Source of the DNA: Octopus vulgaris
Taxonomy: Eukaryota
Direction of reading: 5' to 3'
DNA: 64,000 bases
NCBI GenBank assembly: GCA_951406725.2
Contig: OX597834.1
Location: forward strand, 24,366,001-24,430,000
Under the pieces are notes generated by a model, which was given only the letters and a program-made list of their open reading frames with translations, did no database searches and was not told where the DNA came from. The first letter of the stretch is position 1, and every line of letters begins with the position of its first letter. This document shows, piece by piece, positions 24,323 through 36,275 of this stretch. A program made the position numbers and the translations under genes.

Positions 24323-25757
24323 GTGAGAGAGAATCATGATGTTGTAGGAGAGAAATGTGTCCACATGGATGATGGTTCTCTTGCACTAAATGAGGCTGCA
24401 AAGAGAGAGGTTTGGAGACGCTACTATGAAAGGTTGCTGAACAAAGAAAATGAATGGGAGAAAGAGAGTCTGCCGATTGTCGACCCAACAGAGGGACCAG
24501 CTATCCGAGTTGAGAGTAACTTGGTAGATAAAACAATTAAAAGTATGATGACAGGGAAAGCCCCCGGCCCATCAGGAATTACTGCAGAGATGCTCAAAAT
24601 ATCTGGCAGTGTCGGCTATAGCCTGGTTACCCGTATAATTAACCAGGTGATACACGGAGTCATACCCAATGACTGGTGTAGCAGCACTGTAGTTAACTGC
24701 TACAAAGGAAAAGGTGACGCTTTAGATACAAATAATTACAGAGGTATCAAGCTCTTTGATCAGGTAATGATCACGGAGAGGGTCATAGCCCAACTAATTA
24801 GGGAGACAGTCAGTTTGGATGAGATGCAGTTTGGTTTCGTGCCAGGGAAAAGTACCACTGATGCTATATTTCTGGTGAGACAGCTGCAGGAGAAATACCT
24901 AGCCAAAGATAAGCCCCTGTACCTGGCTTTCGTTGACATGGAGAAAGCCTTTGACAGGGTCCCCCGATCCCTTATCTGGTGGTCAATGAGGAAACTAGGG
25001 ATAGATGAATGGTTAGTGAGAGCTGTGCAAACCATATACAGGGACGCTGTCAGTAAGTTGAGGGTTGGCAACGAGTACAGTGAAGAATTCCGGGTAGAAG
25101 TAGGGGTCCACCAAGATTCAGTCCTCAGCCCCCTCCTATTTATCATAGTCCTCCAGGCAATAATGGAGGAATTCAAGACAGGATGCCCCTGGGAGCTCCT
25201 CTATGCTGACGACCTTGCTCTAATTGCTGAGTCACTCACAGAACTAGAGAAGTTTCAAGTGTGGAAACAAGGATTAGAATCGACGGGTCTTAGAGTCAAC
25301 CTAGCTAAAACCAAAGTCCTAATAAGTAGGAAGGCAGGCAAACCGCAAATCCCTTCAGGCAGATGGCTCGATCTGTAGAAAAGGCGTAGGTAGAAACTCT
25401 ATAAGATATACCCAGTGTAAGCTATGGACACATAAGAGGTGCAGCAATATCAAAGGAAGGCTAACTGGGAGGATAGTTTTCGTATGTGGTAGATGCTCGG
25501 GAGCTATAAATAACACTGAAAATGTGCAGAGAACAACTTCCGCCACATTCCAGGGAGAAAAACTAGAAGTAGTTGATAGTTTCCGTTACCTAGGTGACCA
25601 AGTCAGTAGCGAGGGAGGGTGCACTGAAAGTGTAGCTGCTAGAATAAGAATAGCTTGGGCTAAGTTCAGAGAACTCTTACCTCTGCTGGTGACAAAGGGC
25701 CTCTCGCTCAGAGTAAAAGGTAAACTGTACGACACATGTGTACGAACAGCCATGCTG
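24323..25757 (+). mobile_element. RTE-clade LINE reverse transcriptase, 5'-truncated and frameshifted
   Basis: KAPGPSG, NYRGIKL, QFGFVPGKSTTDAIF, FVDMEKAFD, GVHQDSVLSP, LYADD, FRYLG; frameshift near 25367; ORF cut after RTAML. Confidence 0.95.
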
Positions 25758-25779
25758 TGTAATTAAAATACATATCAAA

Positions 25780-26464
25780 ATCAGTTCGATGACTGGCATC
25801 CGTGCCAGCGGGGTGCAAAAAGCACCATATGAGTGTGATCGTTGACAGAGCGGCTACTCGAGTATGATCGTTACCAGCGTCGCCTTACTGGCACTTATGC
25901 CTGTGCTAGTAGGGTGCCAAGAGCACCATCCGAGCGTGATCGTTGCCAGAACAGCCAACTGGCTTCCGTACCCGTGGCACGTAAAAGAGCACCATTCGAG
26001 CGTTATCGTTACCAACGTCGCTTTATTGGCACGTGTAAAAAGATTCGAGCGAGGTCATTGCCAGTACCTATTTCTTTATTACCCACAAGGGGCTAAACAT
26101 AGAGGGGACAAACAAGGACAGACATAGGTATTAAGTCGATTACATCGACCCCAGTGCGTAACTGGTACTTATTTTATCGACCCCGAAAGGATGAAAGGCA
26201 AAGTCGACCTCGGCGGAATTTGAACTCACAACGTAACGACAGACGAAATACCGCCTGACTGGTCCCCGTGCCGGTGGCACGTAAAAGGCACCCACTACAC
26301 TCTCGGAGTGGTTGGCGTTAGGAAGGGCATCCAGCTGTAGAAACTCTGCCAGATCAAGATTAGAGCCTGGTGCAGCCATCTGGTTCGCCAGCCCTCAGTC
26401 AAAATCATCCAACCCATGCTAGCATGGAAAGCGGACGTTAAATGACGACGATGATGATGATGAT
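25780..26464 (+). mobile_element. RTE 3' UTR with short internal repeats and (GAT)n tail, interrupted by a family B SINE (26069-26253, -)
   Basis: Repeated gcaccat..gag(c/t)gt.atcgtt units; tail ends aaagcggacgttaaatgacgacgatgatgat. Confidence 0.8.
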
Positions 26465-26782
26465 GTGCATATATTAATTCAATATATGTATATGTGTACG
26501 TATGCTTATGGGTGTTGCAAATATTCAGACCATCTCACCTGTTTGGTGATACCTTCTGCCATCCCACTGTCACTTGAGGGTGATATTCTTTTCTTTCTTT
26601 TAATCTTTCTTGTTTCAGTCATTAGACTGTGGCCATGCTGGGGCACCACCTTGAGAATTTTAAAGTCGAATTAAGTTTATCTATCAATCTCTTTTGTCGA
26701 ACTGCTAAGTTACGGGGATGTAAACACCAGCACCAGTTGCCAAGTGTTGGGGGACAAACACAGGCACAAAAACACACATACG

Positions 26783-26844
<62 letters not shown>

Positions 26845-27481
26845 CACACATATATATACACACCCATAAGTGTACTCACCTAGATACATAAACACATCAA
26901 TGTGTATATTTAAATTAGACGTACAATTATTCATGTGCATCCGTGCATCCATACGACCTCAGTCCGAGACATGGAGACGTGCACAAGGTTGTCGTCCGTG
27001 CAACCACACACACGCACGCACACACGCACACACATACTCACACACACATGCACACACACACGCACACACACACATTAACCTCTTTATATATGTATGTACT
27101 AATGTATACATTCACATATACACCCAAAAGCATACATACACATATACATATATAGATTAATATATGCACATTGAAGCTATAATGTGAATTTACTTAGTTA
27201 TTGAAGCTATAAAGTGAGTTTCTAAAAATATAATTTGTTGCGAGATCCTTTTTATCTTGTCGTTAATTTAACATATATTGTAAAGTCACCAAACTGTATT
27301 GCATTAAACTTTATAGCAATCTCTAAAGATATACAGGGAGATAACTTTATCTACACTGATAGAGTTACCTCCCTTCTCTACTCATTCATCGTTATTTTAT
27401 CTTTTATTAACGTGTTATTTTCTAGAACATTTCTCTTTTACTCCAATTTAGTATATATTCACCTTCTACCTCTCTATATTC

Positions 27482-27532
<51 letters not shown>

Positions 27533-27832
27533 GCTATCAGTATAAGTTATGACATGGATATGAATCAAAAGTATTGGAACCATCAATCATCATAGTTTAT
27601 CTGCACCCACTATTCAGCAGTTTGGGTCAATATAAAGACCTTCACCTGGGAACAAAAAAACAAAAACAGCCTGGGGTGGGTGGGGGTGTTAGCAAGTGCA
27701 TGGAAAACGAATATGAAAAAAAATGCGCGCTGACGACCCTGGGGTAGAAGGTGGGGTAAGAGAGGGGATTTTCGGAAAATTCACAAGATCCCATTTTTCC
27801 GTCATAACTTCAGGTAAAATGTATATATAATC

Positions 27833-28222
27833 ACTTTTACTCTTTTACTTGTTTCAGTCATTTGACTGCGGCCATGCTGGAACACCGCCTCTAGTCGAGC
27901 AAATCGACTCCGGGACTTATTCTTTGTAAGCCTAATACTTATTCTATCGGTCTCTTTTGCCGAACTGCTAATGCGACGGGGATTTATACACACCGACATC
28001 GGTTGTCAAGAAATGCTAGGGGGACAAACACAGACACACACATAAATATACATATATACGACGGGCTTCTTTCAGTTTCCGTCTACCAAATCCACTCACA
28101 AGGCTTTGGTCGGCCCAAGGCTATAGTAGAAGACACTTGCCTAAGGTGCCACGGAGTGGGACTGAACCCGGAACCATGTGGTTGGTAAACAAGCTACTTA
28201 TCCCACAGCCACTCCTGCGCCT
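27833..28222 (-). mobile_element. SINE family A, full length
   Basis: Reverse complement of the 19444-20083 type, from ggcgcaggagtggctgtg to (gtaaaaga)n. Confidence 0.9.
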
Positions 28223-28777
28223 GTATATTGATTTTTTTTTTTTACGGAATCCCACGGAATCCTCCCCCCAAACCCCAAAAGTTTCATTTTGTTGACAAGT
28301 GTTATTTAAATAAACTGGAACAATGTTATTCCTGATAAAATGAAAAGATGTCGAATGTAAAAGACATATTAATCAACTTAAAAAAAGGTTTACGAAAAAA
28401 AAAAAACAGTCACGAAAATGAAATCCACATGGAAGTATTGTACGACACATTTGAGGTGCCAACACCCAAACAATTTGAAACTACACATTCTAGCACCAGT
28501 AGACAGAAAAGAACGGAAACACTGGAATAGAACCCTAAGCGTAAAAGATAATAAAACTCTGAGCAGAGTTTGAGATATTGTGGCATGTAACTAAAAGGAA
28601 CTGACACATTACTATAAAATAAAGAACTCTCAGCAGGCCAGAGTAAGCAGTTCACTGTGATCCGTTGGCAGAGAACGTTTAGCTTTGCGTAATAGTAATA
28701 GTAATGCGTCGTGTGAATACTTTCTTTCCCCTTGTTTCGTTAAATTATTTACCCAACATCTGGATATAAGATATACC

Positions 28778-29189
28778 TATTTCTTTATTACCCACAAGGG
28801 GCTAAACATAGAAGGGAAAAACAAGGACAGACATAAGTATTAAGTCGATTACATCGATCCCAGTGCGTAACTGGTACTTAATTTATCGACCCCGAAAAGA
28901 TGAAAGGCAAAGTCGACCTCGGCGGAATTTGAACTCAGAACGCAGTGGCGGATGAAATACCGATTTCTTTATTACCCACAAGGGGCTAAACACAGAGGAG
29001 ACAAACAAGGACAGATAGACGGATTAAGTCGATTATATCGACCCCAGAGCATAACTGGTACTTAATTTATCGACCCCGAAAGGATGAAAGGCAAAGTCGA
29101 CCTCGGCGGAATTTGAACTCAGAACGTAACGGCAGACGAAATACGGCTACGCATTTCGCCCGGCGTGCTAACGTTTCGGCCAGTTCGCC
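28778..29189 (-). mobile_element. SINE family B with tandemly duplicated 3' body and 15-bp TSD
   Basis: GATATAAGATATACC at 28763-28777 and 29190-29204. Confidence 0.9.
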
Positions 29190-29543
29190 GATATAAGATA
29201 TACCGATGCAGTTTTTTTAAGGGTCTGTAATATCCTTTGAGATTTAACTTGTAACGTTTTATGTTAATTTTCTTTGCATTCAGTGAAGTGGAGTTGTACG
29301 TTAATTCAGACGCGAACTACACACACAGCAATAAAATTACGTTATGTCTTCAAAAATGGAAGAAGATTTTGGATGTCCTCCCAGATACACTGTAACTGAA
29401 AAAAAGTCGTAATGGTCGCAGTTGAAATCCGTTTGATAAGCGGTCTGATCGATCCCACCTGACAAGGTATAAAACAACAACAGCAATAAGAACTACCTCA
29501 ATCACCATCACCACCACCACCACCACAACAACAACAACTGCTG

Positions 29544-29588
<45 letters not shown>

Positions 29589-29886
29589 TAACAACAAAGT
29601 TGTGAAAGGACGCGGTGTTGAAGAATGAAATGTGAGAAAATTTTGGGCCGGACTGGTTTGTAGAATTTAGAGGAATGGTGGGAATGGAAGTGGAAAGGTG
29701 GGGAAGAAGAGGAGTAATGGACGATTGTAGCAGTTGAAGATGAATACGACGACGAAGGCGTCGAAGACGATAATAGTTGTGGTCATGATGATGATGATGT
29801 TGCTGCTGATATTGATGTTTATGGTGATGGAAATGTACTTGATGACAGTGGTGGTGGTTGCGATGTACATCTCTCTCTCTCTCTCC

Positions 29887-30213
29887 ATGTATGTATGTAT
29901 GTATGTATGTATGTATGTATGTATGTATGTATGTATGTATGTATGTATGTATGTATGACTGTAAGTATGTATGCATGTATGTATGTATGTATGTATGTAT
30001 GCATGTATGACTGTAAGTATGTATGTATGTATGTATGACTGTAAGTATGTATGTATGTATGTATGACTGTAAGTATGTATGTATGTATGTATGTATGTAT
30101 GTATGTATGTATGTATGAATGTAAGTATGTATGTATGTATGTATGAATGTAAGTATGTATGTATGTATGAATGTAAGTATGCATGCATGCATGAATGAAT
30201 GTATGTATGCATG
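29887..30213. repeat. (TATG)n microsatellite with higher-order variants
   Basis: Directly visible. Confidence 0.95.
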
Positions 30214-30384
30214 TCATTATTCAGTTTTATTTGAAGATTTCTCGCCAGTAGAGAAAGAGCCGGTTTCTAACCTAGATACAAGGCTCCTTCATTGGAATTT
30301 CAACATCAGCAACAGGGTATTATTGTTTGTATGCATGTATGTATGCATGTATGCATGCATGTATGTATGCATGTATGTACGTAT

Positions 30385-30940
30385 GTTATGTCAGGTCACT
30401 TTCGAGTGCTACTGGTAACATGTAACCCAGTACAACCTGTTGCATGGTCGGGTCGTCGGCGACTAAACCGGCAACACCACCAAGCTTGCTTGGTGAGGAG
30501 GGTGTTTATTGGACACCCTGCGGGATGAAAAACAAAGCCCGTCAAAGGGCGGAGGAACTCTTGAGAGTCAACGGCCATCCAATAAATGTCTTAAAGCTGT
30601 ATCATGCACGGGGACATAGAAATAATCGGACTGAATACCCGATCGCGCGGTTAAACCATTGGGAGTGAAGGACTCCTAGCCTTTGTTAGGGCATCCTTCT
30701 AGGAGAAAGTAACTCAGGTAACTGGGATAACTCCTGACATAAAACCTGCGGCTCAGTGGTTACCGATGATGTTGACTTATTCTTCTTTTCGGATTATGGC
30801 TGCTGTTGCTTTGTGAGTGGGATTGACTCAGTGCACAGCCTTTCCTCACTTTAAAAAAAATCTTCTTGCACAGGCATTGCACGATAACAACATTGATTAA
30901 GCTTCGTGCAATGGCCATACTCGATAACGAGGGGACAGCC
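30385..30940 (+). mobile_element. non-autonomous retroelement-like insert inside (TATG)n, possibly RTE 5'UTR-derived
   Basis: GC-richer 550-bp block flanked on both sides by (TATG)n; family assignment is inference. Confidence 0.4.
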
Positions 30941-32056
30941 TGTATGTATGTATGTATGTATGTATGTATGTATGTATGTATGTATGTATGTATGTATTCT
31001 CATGCATATAGTTACATATCTAGACACGCTTATATATATCTAAATGACATACAACTGCAAAGTTTTTTAGATTTTTACATTTCCAGTGATGGATTGGATC
31101 TGTAGTCTTCGAAGTAGCTTTCTCTTTTCTGGTTTTGAGTTGCCCAACTTGTAATCCGGATAGAGTAACTGCAGATGCACATAGAGTACATACATATGTA
31201 TGTATGTGGCGGTGGTGGTGGCGATAGAAGTGATCGATCAAACTTATGATCAAGGTCATTCTAGCCGTGGCATTCCTGACTGACGTTCACCTCAGACAAC
31301 ATTCAATGGTTCTTTTGTTTTAAAGAAGGTAGTGATGTCATTGCAGAGACATTTAGTTGCTATTTTTAGTAAGTTACGACAGCGCTGTGTTAAAGTTAGT
31401 AATAGTGGACGGGGAAGTGAGACTAACGATGGGGATTATGATGATGTTGATGGTGGTGGGAGTTGTAGTGGTGGTGGTGGTGGTGGTGATGATGATCATG
31501 GGATGATGATAGTGATGAAGGTGATCACGATGTTGATGATATTGATGATGTCGATGGTGGTAGTGCTTTGGCGTGGGCGGGTGTGATGATATGGGGTTGT
31601 GTGGTTGTAGTGATGGTGAAGCTGTATGGGTGAAGTTGCGTTTGAGGATGACGGCGGTGGCAGTGGTGCTCATCGTAGAGGGAGTGGTAGTGGTGGAGGC
31701 TGTAGGGATGGTGTTGAGGACTGCAGGGAAGATAGAAGTGTACTTGACGATGACGGTGAAGGTGACGGCGGTGTTGGAGGTGGCGACAGAGGTGTGGTTG
31801 CTGTTTATAGAAGGGACCATCTGAAAAAATAGGGCGATGTTGCAATCATCAAAGATGCCAAAATACAGAAAGGTTTTTATATTCTGTAGAATGGAAACAT
31901 CTGATGGAAAGGGAAGTTCTTTGTTGTGAGAGGAATTTCATGCGAGGAATTAGAAGACAGGAAAATGAATAAATTCTCTGGAATCTGTTGGCGCTACGCG
32001 CTCGCGCGCACTCACACACATACTCAGAAGACGTATGGTCGCACACACGTACATCC

Positions 32057-32439
32057 AACATAAACCAATAAATAGAAATAAATTAATTAATATAATATAT
32101 AAAATTCAAAATTGAAATTATTTAAAGTTAAAATTTTAAAAATATTTAAATAATTAATTTATATTTATAAATTTATATATATATATTATTATTATTTAAA
32201 AAAAGATAAATATAACTAGCAAAAAGAATTAAAAGTTTAATATAAGATAAAGAGTAAAACCACAACGATCGTTTCATGCCCATAATCTAATTCGAATAAG
32301 AATAATTTAAATTCAATTAATAATCAAAAATATTTAAGCAATATTTTTTTATTTTACTCTTTATCTTATATTAAACTTTAAGTTCTTTTTGATAGTTATA
32401 TTTAAAAAAATAATAATATATATATATAATAATATATAT

Positions 32440-32483
<44 letters not shown>

Positions 32484-32750
32484 TTATAAGTATAAATTAA
32501 TTATTTAAATATTTTTTAAATTTTAACTTTAAATTTAAATAATTTCAATTTTGAATTTTATATTTTGTATATTTTATATATTATATTAATTAATATATTT
32601 CTATTTATTGGCTTATGTTTTTCACTGTTTGATTTGCCTAATAGTGGTTTTATCTCTAATTTAATATAAATATATATATTTATACTATAAAATTAGATTT
32701 AATCCTAAATCTAATTTTTCCCTGTAAGTTTGGATTTACTCCCTAATATT
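32057..32750 (+). mobile_element. AT-rich Penelope-like terminus with large inverted duplication
   Basis: 32057-32259 is an inverted copy of 32352-32619; 32620-32750 is homologous to 45502-45630; ends ctccctaata before (TA)n. Confidence 0.6.
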
Positions 32751-32752
32751 AT

Positions 32753-32785
<33 letters not shown>

Positions 32786-33126
32786 AGCAATAAGAAAATG
32801 GAGGGGATCAATAGGTGGTAGAATGAGGTATTTTCGCCTCTTGACTGAAACAGCTGTAAGATATTTTCCTAATTTATATTCCTGTATGTTATATTTTAAT
32901 AATTACTGGTATCTTTATATATATTAATATATTTTATATGTAAAGCATAATATGTTATATATGTATGTATATTCTTGTAATTGTTATTTTAGTAAATAGA
33001 TAAATAAATTGACATAATATAATGTCCAAAAGTTGATGAATCACCTATTGATCCCCACCATTTTCTTATTGCTCTATAAATTAATGGTAAAATATCTCTT
33101 TAGCCTCACCCATTTATTACACTCGG

Positions 33127-33169
<43 letters not shown>

Positions 33170-33174
<5 letters not shown>

Positions 33175-33465
33175 CTGAAGTTGTCTGTGTATGGCAGGTT
33201 TAGTAGCCTTCAACTAACACTATCTCCTCCTCGGACCATGTTAACACCAAAAATTATTTACATCAAAAAGGTGCATTTTTTCTATGAAAATCCCTATTTT
33301 TTACGATTTTTTGACTGCTGTGTCGCCATTTTTCGGTGTATTTCAACCAGAAAAATGTTCACTTAAAGAGAATAACAAGCTACATAATGCAAATTTTTTA
33401 CTTTTCAAAAATTCCAAATCTAAATGATCGAAACAAACCCGAGCAACACCGGGAGATACTGCTAG
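33170..33465 (+). mobile_element. non-autonomous Helitron-type element
   Basis: 3' hairpin cccgagcaacaccggg followed by ...ctgCTAG|T; ends shared with 54805-55173. Confidence 0.7.
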
Positions 33466-33485
33466 TATATATATATATATATATA

Positions 33486-33692
33486 AAGTTAACCCAAACA
33501 TGAAAACACAAAGAGAAAACACAACACGAGGACGTGGAACAAGTATAGTGTTATTGGACTCTCAGAAAAGGAAAGGAAGAAAGAGGATTTAATGTTTCGA
33601 GCGGAGCTCTTCGTCAGAAACATAGGAAAAGGAAGGATCCAAGGAAGGGAAGACGGAGGAAAAAAATCGCCAATGATACACACGCGGTCACA
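33486..33692 (-). mobile_element. Penelope-like terminal repeat next to (TA)n
   Basis: Homologous to 7953-8162; contains a hammerhead motif. Confidence 0.7.
33588..33620 (-). ncRNA. minimal type I hammerhead ribozyme motif
   Basis: RNA: uuu-CUGACGA-a-gagc ucc gcuc-GAAA-c-AUU-aaa; core intact, stem III palindrome broken by one change. Confidence 0.6.
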
Positions 33693-33936
33693 TATTGAAA
33701 GACAGGAAGGGAATGGCCGAAGAAAAAAGTTCTTTCAAAGACAGGAGAGTGCAAGAGAAGGAGGTATGTGTGTGCATGTGTGGCTATATATATAGCAGCG
33801 ACTTCATCTAAGAATATCATAAGAAGGAATATTATTCCGAAATATCATATCAGACTATGGATGACTAAATTACAACAGGTATATAGCCTATTGTCTGAAT
33901 TATAGTGCATTGTTGTACCATTCAAAACTTTTTAGT

Positions 33937-33981
<45 letters not shown>

Positions 33982-34078
33982 CGGGAAGCTTTATGAAAAT
34001 AGACAAAAGACGAAGGCAGGTGGAAAACAAAGAAACAATTGTATTAGTATGGCGCTCAGGAAATATAAATAAAACAAG

Positions 34079-34116
34079 TCTTTAACGTTTCGAGCCTACG
34101 CTCTTCAACAGAAAGA
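34079..34116 (-). ncRNA. minimal hammerhead variant (CUGUUGA core) in a TA-flanked element (~33980-34290)
   Basis: ucuuu-CUGUUGA-a-gagc guag gcuc-GAAA-c-GUU-aaaga; 5-bp stem I, palindromic AACGUU stem III. Confidence 0.6.
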
Positions 34117-34349
34117 TACACAGAGAGAAAAAAAACACAGAAAGAAGGAGAGAAAAAAATGCGTGCAGTAACTAACGAATCAACATGGCGATCTGATTTC
34201 GGCCAGAAGTCAAAGATCAAACATGAGACGCGAGAGCGAAATAAGGGGAGATAATAGGGTTGATAACAGGGTTGAATGACCACCTATTAGTGCGTAGGAG
34301 GGGTCTGGACGTGTGTATGTATAGGGTTGGTGTATGTATTAGTATGTAT

Positions 34350-34384
<35 letters not shown>

Positions 34385-34596
34385 AGAGAGTATTAGATTA
34401 AGCAGAAAATGGTGAAAAGAGTTTTGATCAACAAAGAAATTGACTGCCATCGGTTATTATTTTTTTCATACACACATATATACACACACATGTAATGCAT
34501 ATATATATATAAAATTAATTAAGGGTAGAAATCAATATTTATCAATTAAAACCAGTGGTCTAGCATATTAAAAAAGAATCCGAAGATTAAATATTT

Positions 34597-34771
34597 ATAT
34601 ATACCAATTAAGGACTGAACACGAAAAGTGGACAGTCAACATGCTAGATATAGACGTCAAATCGCCATTCTCCACAAAAGATTTGAGAACATAATCTTTT
34701 GTGGAGAATGGCGATTTGACGTCTATATCTAGCATGTTGACTGTCCACTTTTTCGTGTTCAGTCCTTAATT

Positions 34772-34780
<9 letters not shown>
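34597..34780. repeat. near-perfect hairpin, ~87-bp arms, 9-nt loop
   Basis: ataccaattaaggactgaacacgaaaagtggacag...caaaagatt / aatcttttg...gtccttaattggtat; one indel seen. Confidence 0.95.
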
Positions 34781-34811
<31 letters not shown>

Positions 34812-35475
34812 TTGACCTGAACGACCGCCATGCCCTCACCAATTTGCAATTGTAATCTGAAACACTGTGTGACAGATATTCAATTGCAACTTTTGTTGAC
34901 GCAAAGCATAAAGCATTAGAAAACAAATTTATTACAGCCAAACTAATACAATGCAGATATATGTATAAATGTATCTTTGAGCAAATGGTGTCGATAAATA
35001 CTTGGCACTGAAAGGGGAATCAGTTTCTTTAAGATTTCGTAAAGAAAAAAAAAAACAGAAACAAAATGTTTCCAAACAAGTTTTTTCAAAATCTAATCTT
35101 TTGTTGTCAAGGAAAAGAAATAAGACAATGTAGCCTTTCTCAGACAGACGATTTTCTTATGTATGTATGTATGTATAAATTCATACATACATATATATAT
35201 ACATACATAATGTTCACACACACACACAAGCATATAATCAATCAGATTATATACCGTCACCCACTGTCACCGTTTCACCATTGTCCTGCTAATAATACGC
35301 ACCCTTTATTCCTGTCAGTATTGTGTTGTTAATAAAGCTAGTTCCTACACCAACCATTGTTTTGTTAATCAAGTACTTATTACTAAAGAAGACATTGTTA
35401 TGCTAATGATGGGGACTACAAGGGACAGGTTTCAGAACCTAATCGGGGGAGTATTGGGTACATTATATATATATA

Positions 35476-35661
35476 GGCGCAGGTATAGCTGTGTGGTAAG
35501 AAGCTTGTTTCCCAACCATATGGTTCCAGGTTCAGTCCCGCTGCGTGGCACCTTGGGCAAGCGCCTTCTACAGCCTCGGTCTGACCAAAGTCTTGTGAGT
35601 GGAAGGAAACTGAAAGAAGTCCGTCGTATATATACATACACATGCACACATACCCACCCAC

Positions 35662-35721
<60 letters not shown>

Positions 35722-35785
35722 TTATGTGTGTGTCTGTGTTCGTGCCCCCTCATCGTTTGACTACCGATGTTGGTGTATTTACAAC
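35476..35785 (+). mobile_element. SINE family A, 3'-truncated
   Basis: ggcgcaggtatagctgtgtggtaag...accttgggcaag. Confidence 0.8.
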
Positions 35786-35794
35786 CAATATCCG

Positions 35795-36275
35795 TACTAG
35801 AAAGTAAGAAGTACCAGATGTTGTGGGACTTTAACATTCAGACTGACAGAGTAATAGAAGCTAGAAGGCCTGAGTTAGTAGAAGTAGATAAAGAGAATAG
35901 AAAGCGCCAGTTAATTGACGTTACTGTCCCAAATGAAAAAAATTAATATGAGAAATATAGAAAAAATAGCAAAGGACTTAGCTATTGATTTACAGAGACT
36001 ATGGAAAGTGCAGGTAAAATATATCCGAGTAGTTATAGGTGCATTGGGAGCTATCTCTAAAGATCTGAACAGATGGATAGCGAAATAGGGTTAAAACCCA
36101 GTTTAGTACACCTGCAGAAAACAGTGTTATTAGGGACAGCTAGGATACTTAGAAGGGTTCTTGGCATCTAAGGCAACTTGTTGTAGCCCGATATTAGGAT
36201 TCTTTTCTTTTCCAACAGTCTAATCTGTTGAGCGTATATGAATAATATTAATAATAATAATAATAACAATAATAA
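35795..36275 (+). mobile_element. R4/Dong-like non-LTR retrotransposon 3' end (RLE domain) with (TAA)n tail
   Basis: LWDFNIQTDRVIEARRPELVEVDK..LIDVTVP...VVIGALG...LQKTVLLGTARILRRVLGI*, followed by (TAA)n. Confidence 0.85.

Noticed and set aside
30390-30475. HDV-like ribozyme at the start of the (TATG)n insert
   Set aside because: Could not assign consistent P1, P2 and P3 pairings by eye
31374-31845. Thr/His-rich ORFs
   Set aside because: Degenerate (GGT/GAT)n trinucleotide region with no splice or homology support
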